A stretch of 63,714 nt of DNA, filler included, from Octopus bimaculoides (lineage: Eukaryota), in NCBI RefSeq assembly GCF_001194135.2. It is 6 parts of 5 records of this genome, joined end to end, with 100 filler letters (N's around TTAATTAATTAA, not from the genome) between each part and the next. Parts side by side here need not be neighbours in the genome. Positions count along the whole stretch, not along the records: positions 7,511 to 22,200 come from NC_069009.1; positions 22,301 to 36,914 come from NC_068993.1; 4 more parts are not named here. One strand, written 5' to 3'. Both the position numbers and the translations under genes were made by a program. Below are positions 13,061 to 25,256 of the stretch, in pieces. The notes beneath the pieces were generated by a model. The model worked only from the letters and a program-made list of their open reading frames with translations. It searched no databases and was not told the origin of the DNA. Positions within the stretch are counted from its first letter, which is position 1. Each line of letters starts with the position of its first letter.

Positions 13061-13365
13061 CCAGCGAAACGGATTCCGGCGGACGTCGGACTTAGGAAGC
13101 ACCACATAAGTCTCCATTTTGACGGGGATTTTTCAGATTTTTTTCACGGTGCCATTGAACTATCTTTTAAGCAAAAAGATTTACGAAACATGATACCGCC
13201 CACGCCCCCGCCATCTTCCCCTTTCCGGACCGATTTTGGTCGATTTTGTGGGCATTGCGCACGATGATTTTTAAAATTTTTTAATGGGGAACTACGCACT
13301 TAAAAACCATTTGAGAAGCCTTTGCAATAAGAAAAAAATACATATTTTCAGATAAATTTAATGGG

Positions 13366-13539
13366 ATATTTGGCTGTTGTTTCTAGCATATTCCATGACC
13401 GGTAAGGTTTGATTAAGGTTGATAAAGATTATAAATGTTCAAAAAATGTTTTTTTTATAGTATAAATGAAGAGAAAACATTAGTGAGAAAGAAACGAGGA
13501 AGGTGGTCATGGGCTATGCTAGAAACAATAGTCAAATCT
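13366..13539. repeat. 35-bp imperfect inverted repeat pair (MITE-like)
   Basis: 13366-13400 is the reverse complement of 13505-13539 with 5 mismatches; core ATGCTAGAAAC. Confidence 0.65.
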
Positions 13540-13671
13540 TCCTTTAATCACACACCTTTTCGACTAAAAATATTTACTTTTTCTTTTACCGAAGAAGCTT
13601 CGGTTAAATGAAAACCTTTAAATCGATTTGAAGTTAATCAGGTGTCTTCAAATGCCCCTTGTACCTTGTAT

Positions 13672-13710
<39 letters not shown>

Positions 13711-14844
13711 TGTGTGCGTGCGTGCGTGTGTGTCTGCGTGTGTGTGTGTGTGTGTGTTTGTGTGCGTGTGTGTGTGTGTGTATGTGTGCGTGCTCGCGCG
13801 TGGTTTGGTGTGTGAGTGCTTGTGAGTGTTCCGCATGTATTGATGTTTGTGGGTGGATATTTGTGTAAATATAGACANNNNNNNNNNNNNNNNNNNNNNN
13901 NNNNNNNNNNNNNNNNNNNNNNNNNNNNNNNNNNNNNNNNNNNNNNNNNNNNNNNNNNNNNNNNNNNNNNNNNNNNNNNNNNNNNNNNNNNNNNNNNNNN
14001 NNNNNNNNNNNNNNNNNNNNNNNNNNNNNNNNNNNNNNNNNNNNNNNNNNNNNNNNNNNNNNNNNNNNNNNNNNNNNNNNNNNNNNNNNNNNNNNNNNNN
14101 NNNNNNNNNNNNNNNNNNNNNNNNNNNNNNNNNNNNNNNNNNNNNNNNNNNNNNNNNNNNNNNNNNNNNNNNNNNNNNNNNNNNNNNNNNNNNNNNNNNN
14201 NNNNNNNNNNNNNNNNNNNNNNNNNNNNNNNNNNNNNNNNNNNNNNNNNNNNNNNNNNNNNNNNNNNNNNNNNNNNNNNNNNNNNNNNNNNNNNNNNNNN
14301 NNNNNNNNNNNNNNNNNNNNNNNNNNNNNNNNNNNNNNNNNNNNNNNNNNNNNNNNNNNNNNNNNNNNNNNNNNNNNNNNNNNNNNNNNNNNNNNNNNNN
14401 NNNNNNNNNNNNNNNNNNNNNNNNNNNNNNNNNNNNNNNNNNNNNNNNNNNNNNNNNNNNNNNNNNNNNNNNNNNNNNNNNNNNNNNNNNNNNNNNNNNN
14501 NNNNNNNNNNNNNNNNNNNNNNNNNNNNNNNNNNNNNNNNNNNNNNNNNNNNNNNNNNNNNNNNNNNNNNNNNNNNNNNNNNNNNNNNNNNNNNNNNNNN
14601 NNNNNNNNNNNNNNNNNNNNNNNNNNNNNNNNNNNNNNNNNNNNNNNNNNNNNNNNNNNNNNNNNNNNNNNNNNNNNNNNNNNNNNNNNNNNNNNNNNNN
14701 NNNNNNNNNNNNNNNNNNNNNNNNNNNNNNNNNNNNNNNNNNNNNNNNNNNNNNNNNNNNNNNNNNNNNNNNNNNNNNNNNNNNNNNNNNNNNNNNNNNN
14801 NNNNNNNNNNNNNNNNNNNNNNNNNNNNNNNNNNNNNNNNNNNN

Positions 14845-15240
14845 GGTGTATCCCGTTGAATTCATTAATTTAATTCAAAGCAAAAGTGACAAAAAAAGGA
14901 AGAAAAGAAAAAGAAAGAAAGAACCAAAGTACAGGTGTCTAGGGCAGACTATGTTATTTTGCCAACATGGTTTACATATAGAAGTACAAAGTACATAAGG
15001 AATTAGAGGATGAACAAAAGTTTAATCTTACAGCTGTTTCGGCCTAGTTTTAGCAAGCCCCATTCTATCCGAATATTCCTTTCCGGAGTGATTATCGGAT
15101 GACATTTTGAAATGGGGTTACATGCCCGAACCTCTAGGCATCTTCAGAGATTCACAAAGGGTTTCATACAAATGTAGAGCAAGAGGTAAAAACAGAGGTG
15201 TGGTAGAGACCAGAAAAACAACAGCAAAAATAAGATAGAA
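14845..15240 (-). mobile_element. Probable Penelope-like pseudo-LTR fragment next to a (TA)n tract
   Basis: Contains a PLE-type hammerhead, pyrimidine-rich flanks and a microsatellite junction. No ORF is present. Confidence 0.55.
15024..15152 (-). ncRNA. Type I hammerhead ribozyme with an expanded stem II
   Basis: Minus strand: AATCT (stem I), CTGAAGA, TGCCTAG, 86-nt insert, CTAGGCC, GAAAC, AGCT (palindromic loop III), GTA cleavage triplet, AGATT (stem I). Predicted cut between 15029 and 15028. Confidence 0.75.
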
Positions 15241-15249
15241 ATAAAAATA

Positions 15250-15941
15250 TATGTACATATATATATATATATATTTATATATATATGCACATATATATGT
15301 ATGCATGTATGTATATATATATACATGTATGTATGTGTGTATGTGTATATATGTATATATATATATATGTATGTATGTGTATATATATATGTGTGTATAT
15401 ATGTGTATATATGTATATATATATATGTGTGTATGTGTGTGTGTGTGTTGGTAGGTAGGTATGTGCGTGCGTGTTTGTGTAATTGTTCATGCAAACACAA
15501 CACCTACATTCATAATTTCCAGCATACAGTGCCTTAAATTACACATTGGCTTTTTTGACGTAGGCGTGCGTGTACTGTACACACAATATATACTGTACGT
15601 AAACACAGTATACGCAGTTATATATATAGAAGGCGGAGTGTATTCGTTTGCACTGTGGTAGCAATGCATATATATATGGCGGAAACATGCCTGAATACAC
15701 GTTTAATGCAGTGCTATATAATTTAATGGGTGCCAATTCAACATTAGATCCATAATCATATTACCAAAATGTGTATGTGTATGCACACACACACGTGTGT
15801 GCGGAGAGAATGAGAGAGAGAGAAAGTAAGAGAGAGAGGTACGAATGTACATGTAGATGGATACACAAAGACAGACAGACAGACAGACAGATAGATAGAC
15901 AGACAGACAGACAGATAGACAGACAGACAGACAGATAGATT

Positions 15942-16040
<99 letters not shown>

Positions 16041-16064
16041 TGACAGCCAGATAGATTGACAGCC

Positions 16065-16104
<40 letters not shown>

Positions 16105-16105
16105 C
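15250..16105. repeat. Compound (TA)/(TATG)/(TG) and (CAGA)/(TAGA) microsatellites
   Basis: Visible directly; includes a 16-bp tandem duplication GATAGATTGACAGCCA near 16035-16070. Confidence 0.9.
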
Positions 16106-16337
16106 CCTCCACTTAGTCCCACCCCTGTCATCAAAAGCTGTATCACCACCCGCTACACGCCTCTTATACACTCTCCTAGTGATAACTGCTTACGTAAATG
16201 CTTCTCTTTCTCTCTGTCTCTCTTTCTCTTTCTTTTCGTCTTTTTAGGGTTGATTTTTATTTTTGTTTCTCTTGAGTGATTAACAATAATGTTTCTTTGT
16301 CTAGCTGTTGGAAAAGAGCCATATAATATACACACAA

Positions 16338-16402
<65 letters not shown>

Positions 16403-16449
16403 ATTTTGGGGGGAAAAAAATATATATATATAAATGTGTTATGTATGTA

Positions 16450-16508
16450 TATTCTTTTATTCTTTTATTTGTTTCAGTCATTTGACTGCGGCCATGCTGG
16501 AACACCGA
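16450..16508 (-). mobile_element. SINE A tail fragment
   Basis: ttcttttatttgtttcagtcatttgactgcggccatgctggaacaccg. Confidence 0.75.
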
Positions 16509-16517
16509 TATGTATGT

Positions 16518-16553
<36 letters not shown>

Positions 16554-16587
16554 GCGTGTGTGTGTGTGCGTGTGTGTGTGTGAGTGT

Positions 16588-19500
16588 CTATAATTGATGA
16601 GGGAAACGAAAAATGGGTTTGGTACGAATCCTACTACATATACTAGGTTCCTCTTGGCGTGTTGTACTCGCTCGTAGTGTGTGGGTCCACAGACGGAAGG
16701 TAGAATAATTTGGGGGTTATAACCTGCAAATGTGTCTGGCTACAGTTGACAGTGAACATAAAACATAAATTAAATTGATAAAGGATAGAAAATAAAACCT
16801 GCGAAAGGATGCAAGTTCAAAGTTAAAAGGAAGAAGGATAGGTATCTTTTCGGTCGATAACAAATTAAATGAATTAACCCCGGATCTGTTCAAATGTCTA
16901 TTTTTTGTTTTAGGGTTAACTGCAAGAAAAGATGCTGATATACGTTCCAGTATATTAACAAAATTGGAACGGGACCAAAAATTAACTCTACAGGCAGTGG
17001 TTGAAGAATGCCAGAGGTTTATAAATTCAAGATATGACACGGATAAAACGGAAGAAAAAAGATTGCTCTCAGATACATGCGTGTCAACCTGAAACGGATA
17101 AGCAAAAGGAAAAACAAATGTCAAGACCAAATCCAGGCTACGGGTGTGGAGGTTTACATTTTAAAAGTAATTCTCCTTTTAAAAATTGTAAATGTTTTGA
17201 GTGTGGAAAAATCGGATATAAAAGCTCACATTGTATAGCGAAACTAAAAAAAAAGGGTCAAATAATTATAAACGAGATTCAGAAAAGAAAATTTGTGTCC
17301 ATAAAAATGAATAATGTGAATATCAAGTTACAATTGGATGCGGGCAGTGATATCACGATAATTAATACAGGTACATGAAGAAAAATAGGGAAACTTAGAT
17401 TAAAGGCAACTTTGAAAATTGCGCTTGGTGTTTCAGGAAATAAATTGCATTTTATGGGCAAAATGATAAGTGATGTTACATTTCGTGGAAAAACATTGAA
17501 AGCCAAAGTTTTTGTGTTGAAAAATACAAATTTATTTGGAACAGACTGGATGGAACTATTCAACTTGTGGGACCTCCCCATAAATATTTTTTGTAAAAAT
17601 GGGAATGGTTCTTCTGCCTGTACGAATAAGGTGTCGGAGGATTTAAAAAAGAATTTTTAAGAAGTCAACGAAGAATTGGATAGACTTGAAAAGCTTGGTG
17701 GTATTGAAAAAATTGATTATACAAAATGGTGCATCCCCAACAATTTATGTCAAGAAAAAAATAATAAAACCCGAGTATGCGCTGATTTTTCAATGGGATT
17801 AAACGAATGTTTGATGCCAAGCCTGGAAGAAATTTTATCGNNNNNNNNNNNCTGAAGCATATTTGCAGGTAAAAGTCGATGAAGAATGTTCAAAATCATT
17901 GACAATAAATACCCATAAAGGGTTGTATAAATTTAATGGACTCCCCTTTTGTATAAAGGTAGCACCTGGCATTTTTTAACAAGTTATGGACATTATGCAC
18001 GCAAGTTCGGATTTCGCTATAGCTTACCTCGACGACATACTCATAAAAAGTGAATCTCAGGTTCAGTATGCTGAGTATGTTAAAAAGGTTTTCGAAGAAA
18101 TAAAAGATTATGGGTTTAAACTCATCGATGCCAAGAATAAAATATCTAGGGCAGATTATTGATGAAAATGGACGCTGACCAGACCGGTTTGGGGCGAGTA
18201 CAATAAAAAATATACCTCCCCCGACAAACATTACGACGTTACAAGCATTTTGGGGTCTTGCAAATTACTATCAGGTATACTTACCGAAATGTACATGATT
18301 TAAGAGCACCCCTGAATAACTTGTTAAAAAAAGACGTTAAGTGGAACTGGTCGGACAAATGTCAAAAAGCTTTAGAAGAAATTAAAAACGTTTTAACGTC
18401 GGAATTGTCATTATCACATTTTGACCCAAATTTAGAAATAGTAGTGGCAGCAGACGCTAGTGAAAGTGATACTGGAGCTGTGATTTTACACAAGTATGAA
18501 GATGGTAGCCTGAAAGCAGTAGCTCATGCTTCGTGTTCATTATTGCCGTCTGTGAAAGTTACAGCTAAAAAAAGAGGCATTAGCCATCATATTTGCGGTA
18601 AAAAAAATTCCATAAATTTAGCATAGAAGAAGGTTCCGTCTGTAGACAGACCACCGCCCGTTATTGTCAATCTATGGATCAAAAAAGGGTATCCCCACTC
18701 ATACAGTCAACAGATTGCAGCACTGGGGAACGATCCTACTGAATTACGACTTCAAGAGTATTTGCCATCGAAAAAATTAGGACATGCAGATGGTTTGTCA
18801 AGGTTAATACCAAAACACAGTGAACCACTAGAAGACACAATGATAGCGGCGTTAAAAGCCGAAAATGAAATAAGAAATATATTGTACAATGGTGTGCGTG
18901 AACTGCCTGTGACATTGGACGAAATGAAAATTAAGGCAGAAACGGACGAGTTTATCGTAAAAAGGAAAATAATAGTGAGATCAAAAGAAACAAAAAAATA
19001 CGTAAGGCTGGACGTAACACAGTTTCTACGATGAAGTCGCTTATGAACAGTAATGTTTACTGGTCAAAAATGGATCAAGATATTGAGAAGTTGGTAAAAT
19101 CCTGCAGAGGTTGTGCTCTTGCAGCGAAATCACCATCTATAAAATTTCAACCTTGGCCCAAGACCGATATTCCATGGTCCAGACTACACATAGACTTCGC
19201 AGGACCGTTAAACATATCTAATAATGGTAGATAGCTTTACAAAATGGCCAGAAATGTGTAAATGTAGAAAACCGACATCCACGGTAACAGTGGAATTTCT
19301 ACACGAACTTTTTGCTAGGTATGGTGTCCCGGATACCATAGTCTCCGATAACGGTACACAATTCACGGCAAATGAATTTAAGATGTCCTCAATTAAACAT
19401 ATCACTACTCCTCCGTATCACCCAAGATTAAATGGGCAAGCGGAGCGGTTCGTGGATACATTTAAAGAAATCGTGAAATGAGCTAGTCGATGACGTAGCA

Positions 19501-20410
19501 TTGACACAATTCTTGAGGGTTTTTAGGATAACACCAAACCCAAACACTTTTTCAGGCAGGTCGCCTGCGGAACTAATGTTTGCTCGAAAAATAAAGCCAG
19601 TTTTTGACAAGCTGCTACCAGTGAGAAAAACAAATAGGGAAAAAACTAAAAATACGACAAAGCATTTTAATATCGGTCGCAAGGTGTTTTTCAAAATATA
19701 TAAAACTGGAAGACAATGCTGGGAAGACGGAGTAGTTACAAAAAGAGTAGGCAAAATGACATATATGACAAGAGGCGGAAAATGGGAACACAAAAGACAT
19801 TTAAACCAGCTAAAAAATAGATATACGGAGAAAAGAAAAGAGACACCCATGGAAGTTTTCTACAACACCTTTGATGTTCCAATGCCACAAGAAATCGAAC
19901 CTATGTGTAGTAGCACAATAAAGAGGCAACAAACAGAATGATTGGAAGTAGTGCCTAAATGGAAGTAATATTAAACTTTCTGGGGAAGAAATCTCAAAAA
20001 GCGAGATATGATGAAAGAAAAATAAATGAAAATAATATTAACTTCCAACGGAAATCAATCTCAAAGGGGGAGATGTTGTAGCGAGAGTCATTGACACCCC
20101 TGGGGGATTGGAAGAATGAACTAGCCTAACTCTTATAAAGTGTTGAAGGCCGGTAGGAGTCGTGGAGAGGGCGTTTTGGAGTCTCGCGAAGCACGTCGTG
20201 TGAACACATTGATTTTATTTCCGTTCGTTAAATTATATATATCCAACGTTTGTCTAGGATATAAAAGAGATAATATTAAAGAGAGCTGGACCGGTCGAGA
20301 TAAAGTAATTGTATCATAATTTTGTTATGTGTCTTGCGTTCCATTTTTATAGTGGACGGATAGCACGGAGGGCCAAGTCTAGGGTGGATTTCAAAATTGA
20401 TGCCAACATC
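16588..20410 (+). mobile_element. Decayed Ty3/Gypsy LTR retrotransposon (Mag/K02A2.6-like), gag-PR-RT-RH-IN
   Basis: Gag LTPDLFKCLFFVLGL..DADIR..KLE and twin zinc knuckles (GCGGLHFK..CFECGKIGYKSSHC); protease LDAGSDITII; RT ELDRLEK..RVCADFS and AYLDDILI; RNase H AADAS and TDHRPLLSIYG; integrase VYW..C..C, PWSRLHIDFAGP, VSDNGTQF, PYHPRLNGQAERFV. PPT AAAGGGGGAGA at 20063-20073, 3' LTR from TGTTGTAG at 20074. Many frameshifts; LTR outer limits uncertain (CTACTACA at 16631-16638 may be the 5' LTR end). Confidence 0.93.
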
Positions 20411-20532
20411 ATTTGTGCAATATTGATGGAATATTTTCCACAATTTGTGTGTGTGTGTGTGTGTGCGTGTGTGTGTGTGTAGTGCTTCATGCAGGCATAG
20501 CGTGGATTCCATCGTCGATCACCAAATTTCAC

Positions 20533-21178
20533 CTAACAGTTTAACAGCACTTTTCTCACGGTAAAACAATAGTTTTTCAGTGAGTGACAGCAGTTACATT
20601 TGCCAGATGCCTTTGCTAAGCAGAATAATGCCTTTGCCACTTGATCCTCCTAACCTCTTCTAGGCCACCAAAAGCTAGAATAGAGATAACATACCGCCAA
20701 CAAAATCTGCTGTTCTCAACAATATGTCCATCTTTCTAACTAGTTTTGGATAGTTATAAATACTAGAATTTTGCAAGGCAAAATTAGTTAGTGAACGGAC
20801 AACTAGAGTCATAGTCATAAGCAAGCAGCCACTAAAGACAAACGGCCAGCGGGAGAAAGAAGGTTACAACCAGCCAACTATGAGACACACCATCCATCGA
20901 CTCTATAACTTTCACTAACTCACTTTCTTTTCTCTGTAACATCACCATATCTCTCATACTACTATGAGTTCGTGTACACACCCCGGCCGATATTAACTCT
21001 TTTTACCTTGCATGTTTTTCCATTTACTAATTATACATACCAACCCGTCGTGGGTTGGTATGTATAATAACGGTTAATAAAAATCTCTTTACAACTTCAA
21101 TCACTGTTCTTCTTCCATCTTGCACACTGGCAACCAAACACTTTAACAACACTACCGTTACAATTGGTGACCCTCGAC
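20533..21178 (+). mobile_element. Second LTR (different family) ending in GTTACA, followed by a tRNA-Trp primer-binding site
   Basis: TATA-like TATAAATA near 20755, AATAAA near 21076, terminus GTTACA at 21157-21162, then AT-TGGTGACCCTCGAC, close to the complement of the tRNA-Trp 3' end (TGGTGACCCCGACGTG). 5' boundary uncertain (TGTAAC at 20935 is an alternative). Confidence 0.65.
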
Positions 21179-21236
21179 TGCAACGAATACCAACTGTTAC
21201 ACACATATATATATAATGCATATACATATATATGTA

Positions 21237-21279
<43 letters not shown>

Positions 21280-21819
21280 NNNNNNNNNNNNNNNNNNNNN
21301 NNNNNNNNNNNNNNNNNNNNNNNNNNNNNNNNNNNNNNNNNNNNNNNNNNNNNNNNNNNNNNNNNNNNNNNNNNNNNNNNNNNNNCAAGTAACGTAATAT
21401 TTTCCCACGGCCTGACATGTTTTGACGGAAGATTGTAAAAGAATCACATTTGTGTTGCAGCTGTCATGCGGATTCAAAGAAAGGAAGCAGTAACACATGG
21501 ACATAAAATGCTCACACACACACACACACACGCACACATACGTAGGACATTCTTCTTTCTGTTTCCGTTTACTAAATCCATCAAGATTGAAACTTTAATG
21601 TCGATCATCTAACCAACTTTCCTATTTGTTTCCTCTTTTTTTTTTCAACAAAGTTTGTAGTCTACAGTGTCGAATTGGATAGGTTGCAGTCAGTCTTCTG
21701 GCTCCTCAAAATAGTTTGATAAAGTAATTATTTCAATTTACAATTTAAGGATGGGAAGATATTTAAAATACTAAGACTATTTTATTCGGTGCCTTGTCTT
21801 TCAAATCTGCCTCTATAGC

Positions 21820-21824
21820 TTTGT

Positions 21825-21877
<53 letters not shown>

Positions 21878-22021
21878 ATGCGTGCGTGTGTGTTTATAGA
21901 GTGAAAGACATATACATATATATACAGCATAGCATGTGTCTGTGTGTGTATATATATATATATATATATACGTATATACGTATATATATATGTATATACA
22001 TATACATGTATATATATTATG

Positions 22022-22055
<34 letters not shown>

Positions 22056-22119
22056 TACATGTATATATATTTACATATATTTATATGCATCTCTTTCTCC
22101 CTCTCTCTATGTATATATA

Positions 22120-22200
<81 letters not shown>

Positions 22201-22312
22201 NNNNNNNNNNNNNNNNNNNNNNNNNNNNNNNNNNNNNNNNNNNNTTAATTAATTAANNNNNNNNNNNNNNNNNNNNNNNNNNNNNNNNNNNNNNNNNNNN
22301 ATATATATATAC

Positions 22313-22357
<45 letters not shown>

Positions 22358-22380
22358 TAAAACATATATATACATATATC
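21820..22380. repeat. (TG)n/(TA)n/(TATG) microsatellite block
   Basis: Visible directly. Confidence 0.9.
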
Positions 22381-22949
22381 ACACATCCTACCCCAACAAA
22401 GCAATCTACATCTCTACATCTCTTCTCTTCCTCACATTTCTTCCTTCATGCACAATACCTACCTTTCACTCCCCAATCCTATCCTCATGGCCCTGTTTCT
22501 CAGTATTGTTGCTATCTAGTAGCTCCCCCCCACACACACACACAATGCTCTATGTATACCCAGGTTTTCACTACTCACTTCCCCTCAGTACTCTCTAATC
22601 ACGCTTCATTGGCAATATCCTGCCACTTATATTATGACCTTCAAACCTCAAGGGTATGCTCTGGCACTTGCCATCATCCATATCTCTCTCTGCCTTTACT
22701 TGACCATCCCATTTATATTCTGATCCCCGTCTCTTGTGAGTATGCCTGGCACTTCGCCACCATCTCTCTTCTACTGTCTCCCACTACCTCTCTCTCTCCT
22801 TCTTCACTTCCCTCAGGTTGGATAACCACATATCTCCTTTACAGCAGCACACCTCTTTCTGTCTTCATTCCTGATCTCTCCCTCCCTCTTTCTCTTTCTC
22901 TCTCTCTCCCTCTTTCTCTTTCTCCCCCTCTCTCTCTCTCTTTATCCCC

Positions 22950-22981
<32 letters not shown>

Positions 22982-22988
22982 TTCTCTC

Positions 22989-23022
<34 letters not shown>

Positions 23023-23129
23023 ACTCTCTCTCTCTGCAGCAAGACACCTATAACCTTTCATCATCCGACACAAGATCACCTCCTCCAATGCCCCCTCCCA
23101 TCTCAAAAGATTTTTTGCCTTGCAAGTTA

Positions 23130-23445
23130 CTTGGTGACCCTGTCAGTGCAGGTGCCACTTAAAAAGCATCCAGTCTATGCTATAAAATGGTTGGTGTTTG
23201 AAAGAGCATCCAGCTGTAAAAATCTTGCTAAAACTGACCTCGCCTGTGCTTGTGCCACATAAAAAGCACTAGGTCCACTCTGCTCAGTGGTTGGTGTTAG
23301 AATGGGTACCCAGCTGTAAAAATTCTACCAAAACAGTCACAGAAGTCTGGTGCAGGCTTCTGCCTGGCTGGTTCCTGTCGAACCGTCCCACCCTTGCCAG
23401 CATGGAAGGCAGACATTAAACAATGAGGATGATGATGATGATAGT
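23130..23445 (+). mobile_element. SINE/retroposon family D ((GAT)n tail, RTE-5'-like GTTAGGAAGGGCATCCAGC core) with a 100-bp internal tandem duplication
   Basis: GTGCCAC..AAAAAGCA..GGTTGGTGTT..CCAGCTGTAAAAAT at 23152 and 23252; tail GCATGGAAGGCAGACATTAAACAATGAGGATGATGAT. Confidence 0.8.
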
Positions 23446-23541
23446 TAAGGAAGATTCAGCTAAAAACCTTGTAGAATGCTATGCAAAGTTTGTCCACAGT
23501 TATTGGCAACCTGATGGCATCATACAGTGGAAATACTCCTG

Positions 23542-23580
23542 CTACTGGATATACATCAGGAATTCCATAGTATCCATAGA
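23542..23580 (-). CDS. Candidate terminal exon F of an unidentified host gene (SMDTMEFLMYIQ*)
   Basis: T-rich acceptor TTTGTTTATTTATATAAAG; phase-compatible with candidate exon E. No homology recognised. Confidence 0.22.
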   Translation of the reverse strand, partial: SMDTMEFLMYIQ

Positions 23581-23736
23581 CTTTATATAAATAAACAAAT
23601 AAAATAAAATGAAATTAATGACATTCTTTATTTTAAAATCACTACAATCGTTTCAACACACTCCTACATCTATTGTACATAGGTGAGATGTTGAGTGATC
23701 ATTATCTTACATCCGAGGTGTAGAATGCACCGCCTC

Positions 23737-24675
23737 AGGAGGTTGCTTAAATAAGTTCCTCAGTAGACACTCTTGCCATTTCAATTAGTTTGATAAGAAA
23801 CCAGAATTTTGTAGTATTTTTTTATTCACTTAGTTTTACATGTTTACACTTTTATCGCCTTCAAAGTATTCTCCGTTTGAAGCAATGCATCGATCCATGT
23901 GCATTTTCCACAGTGCAAAGCAGTGCTGGAACTCTTGCAAAGTGATGCTTTTTAATGTCTCCATCATTTTCCTCTTCACCTCTTCCACATCTGCAAATTC
24001 CATAGCACCAGCTTTCGTCACCGGTGATGACCTTCGAAAAAAGGTCCGGATCAACTTCCAATTGTTCTTTCAGTTTATGATATGCACTCAGTCATAACTG
24101 CTTTTGATCTTCCGTGAGCAAGAGAGGCACAAATTTTGCTGCAACTTTTTTCATTCACAATTACTCACTCAAAATTCATTGGCAGGAACTCCAGGACACA
24201 TCAGTCATATCAACAAGTCTATCAATAGTTCAGTGATGGTCCTCCAAAATGAGTTCATGAGTTTTCATGTTTTCATTCATTTGGGAGGTTGATGGTTGTC
24301 CTGAACAAGGTTGGTCTTCAAGCAACAAGTGACCATTCCTAAAGCGTGGAAAACATTTGTAAACTAATGTTTTGCTCATGGTAGCATCCTTATAAGTTGT
24401 TTGAAGAATGACAACTATTTTGGTCGCTGTTTTCCTCAGCAGAAAACAGAATTTCATGGAAGCATGTTGTTCCTTCGCTTCAGCCATCAACGAACAGAGG
24501 AGAAGCACAGCAAAGTAAAGATGCACTATGTGGAAGTATGACTTCACCCAATGATGCCGATCAGCAGACTGATGCCTGAGGGTCACATCAAGTGGTTTCT
24601 AGTGGTGAAAGCCTGAACTACAACAAGGTTGTCCCACAGAGAATATTTCCGGTTACTTTTCAGTCCTTCCTTGTA
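23737..24675 (-). mobile_element. Mariner remnant, same family as 155-1244, with an independent deletion
   Basis: TA-CAAGGAAGGACTGAAAAGTAACCGGAA TIR at 24675. MAEAKEQHASMKFCF, GDESWCYG joined directly to FADVEEVKRKM..CIASNGEYFEGDK. Left boundary approximate. Confidence 0.9.
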
Positions 24676-24976
24676 TACCTAGAACAATGTGTAATTTCTA
24701 GTAGTTTACAGACAAAATTAAAACCATAGGTATAGTGACAGACAAAATACAATTACAACCAATATACAAAATACAGATATAAAATATAGACAGAAGAAAA
24801 GAAATGGGTCTCTTAATAGTGAAATTTTAAGAAAGTAAGTATTAAACAGACTAAATAATAAAATAAAGAATGAAATTTAAAAAATGTTTAGAGATAATAC
24901 AGTGACAAGTAGGTTAAGGCTGACCATTCCAGTACATATCAATGGTTTTTTTGTCTCTTTTAAGGATCCACATTAC

Positions 24977-24986
24977 CTTCCTTCTC
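24977..24986 (-). CDS. Candidate 10-nt microexon E (GAGAAGGAAG)
   Basis: Branch-like CTAAT, acceptor CTGTTGCAG, donor AG|GTAATG. Confidence 0.33.
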
Positions 24987-25029
24987 CTGCAACAGATTAG
25001 AACAGAGTTTTTATTTAGAATTAATTTAT

Positions 25030-25256
25030 TACTTTTTTACTCTTTTATTTATTTCAGTCATCTGATTGTGACCATTCTGGAGCACTGCCTTTGGTTGAAT
25101 TAATTGACCCAAGGACTTATTCTTAGTAAGCTTAGTTCTATTGGCCTCTTTTGCTGAACTGCTAAGTTACCGGGATGTAAGCACACCAACATTAGTTTTT
25201 AAGTGATGGTAGGGGCACAAACACAGACACACAAACATAAACACATGCCCATATAT
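25030..25256 (-). mobile_element. SINE A 3' half (runs into a gap at its internal microsatellite)
   Basis: CpG-depleted match to the A tail and body. Confidence 0.85.

Noticed and set aside
13060-13310. GC-richer segment with a TTAA-bounded end, possible Kolobok or piggyBac terminus
   Set aside because: No matching inverted terminus or TSD pair found.
16194-16304. Minus-strand 111-nt exon candidate (RQRNIIVNH..KRKRKRDREKEKHL)
   Set aside because: The open frame comes largely from an AG-rich low-complexity tract, and it lies outside the CpG-depleted domain.
22380-23100. 236-aa ORF 22552..23262
   Set aside because: Driven by pyrimidine-rich and (CT)n low-complexity sequence plus a D-family SINE; more likely UTR or intergenic.
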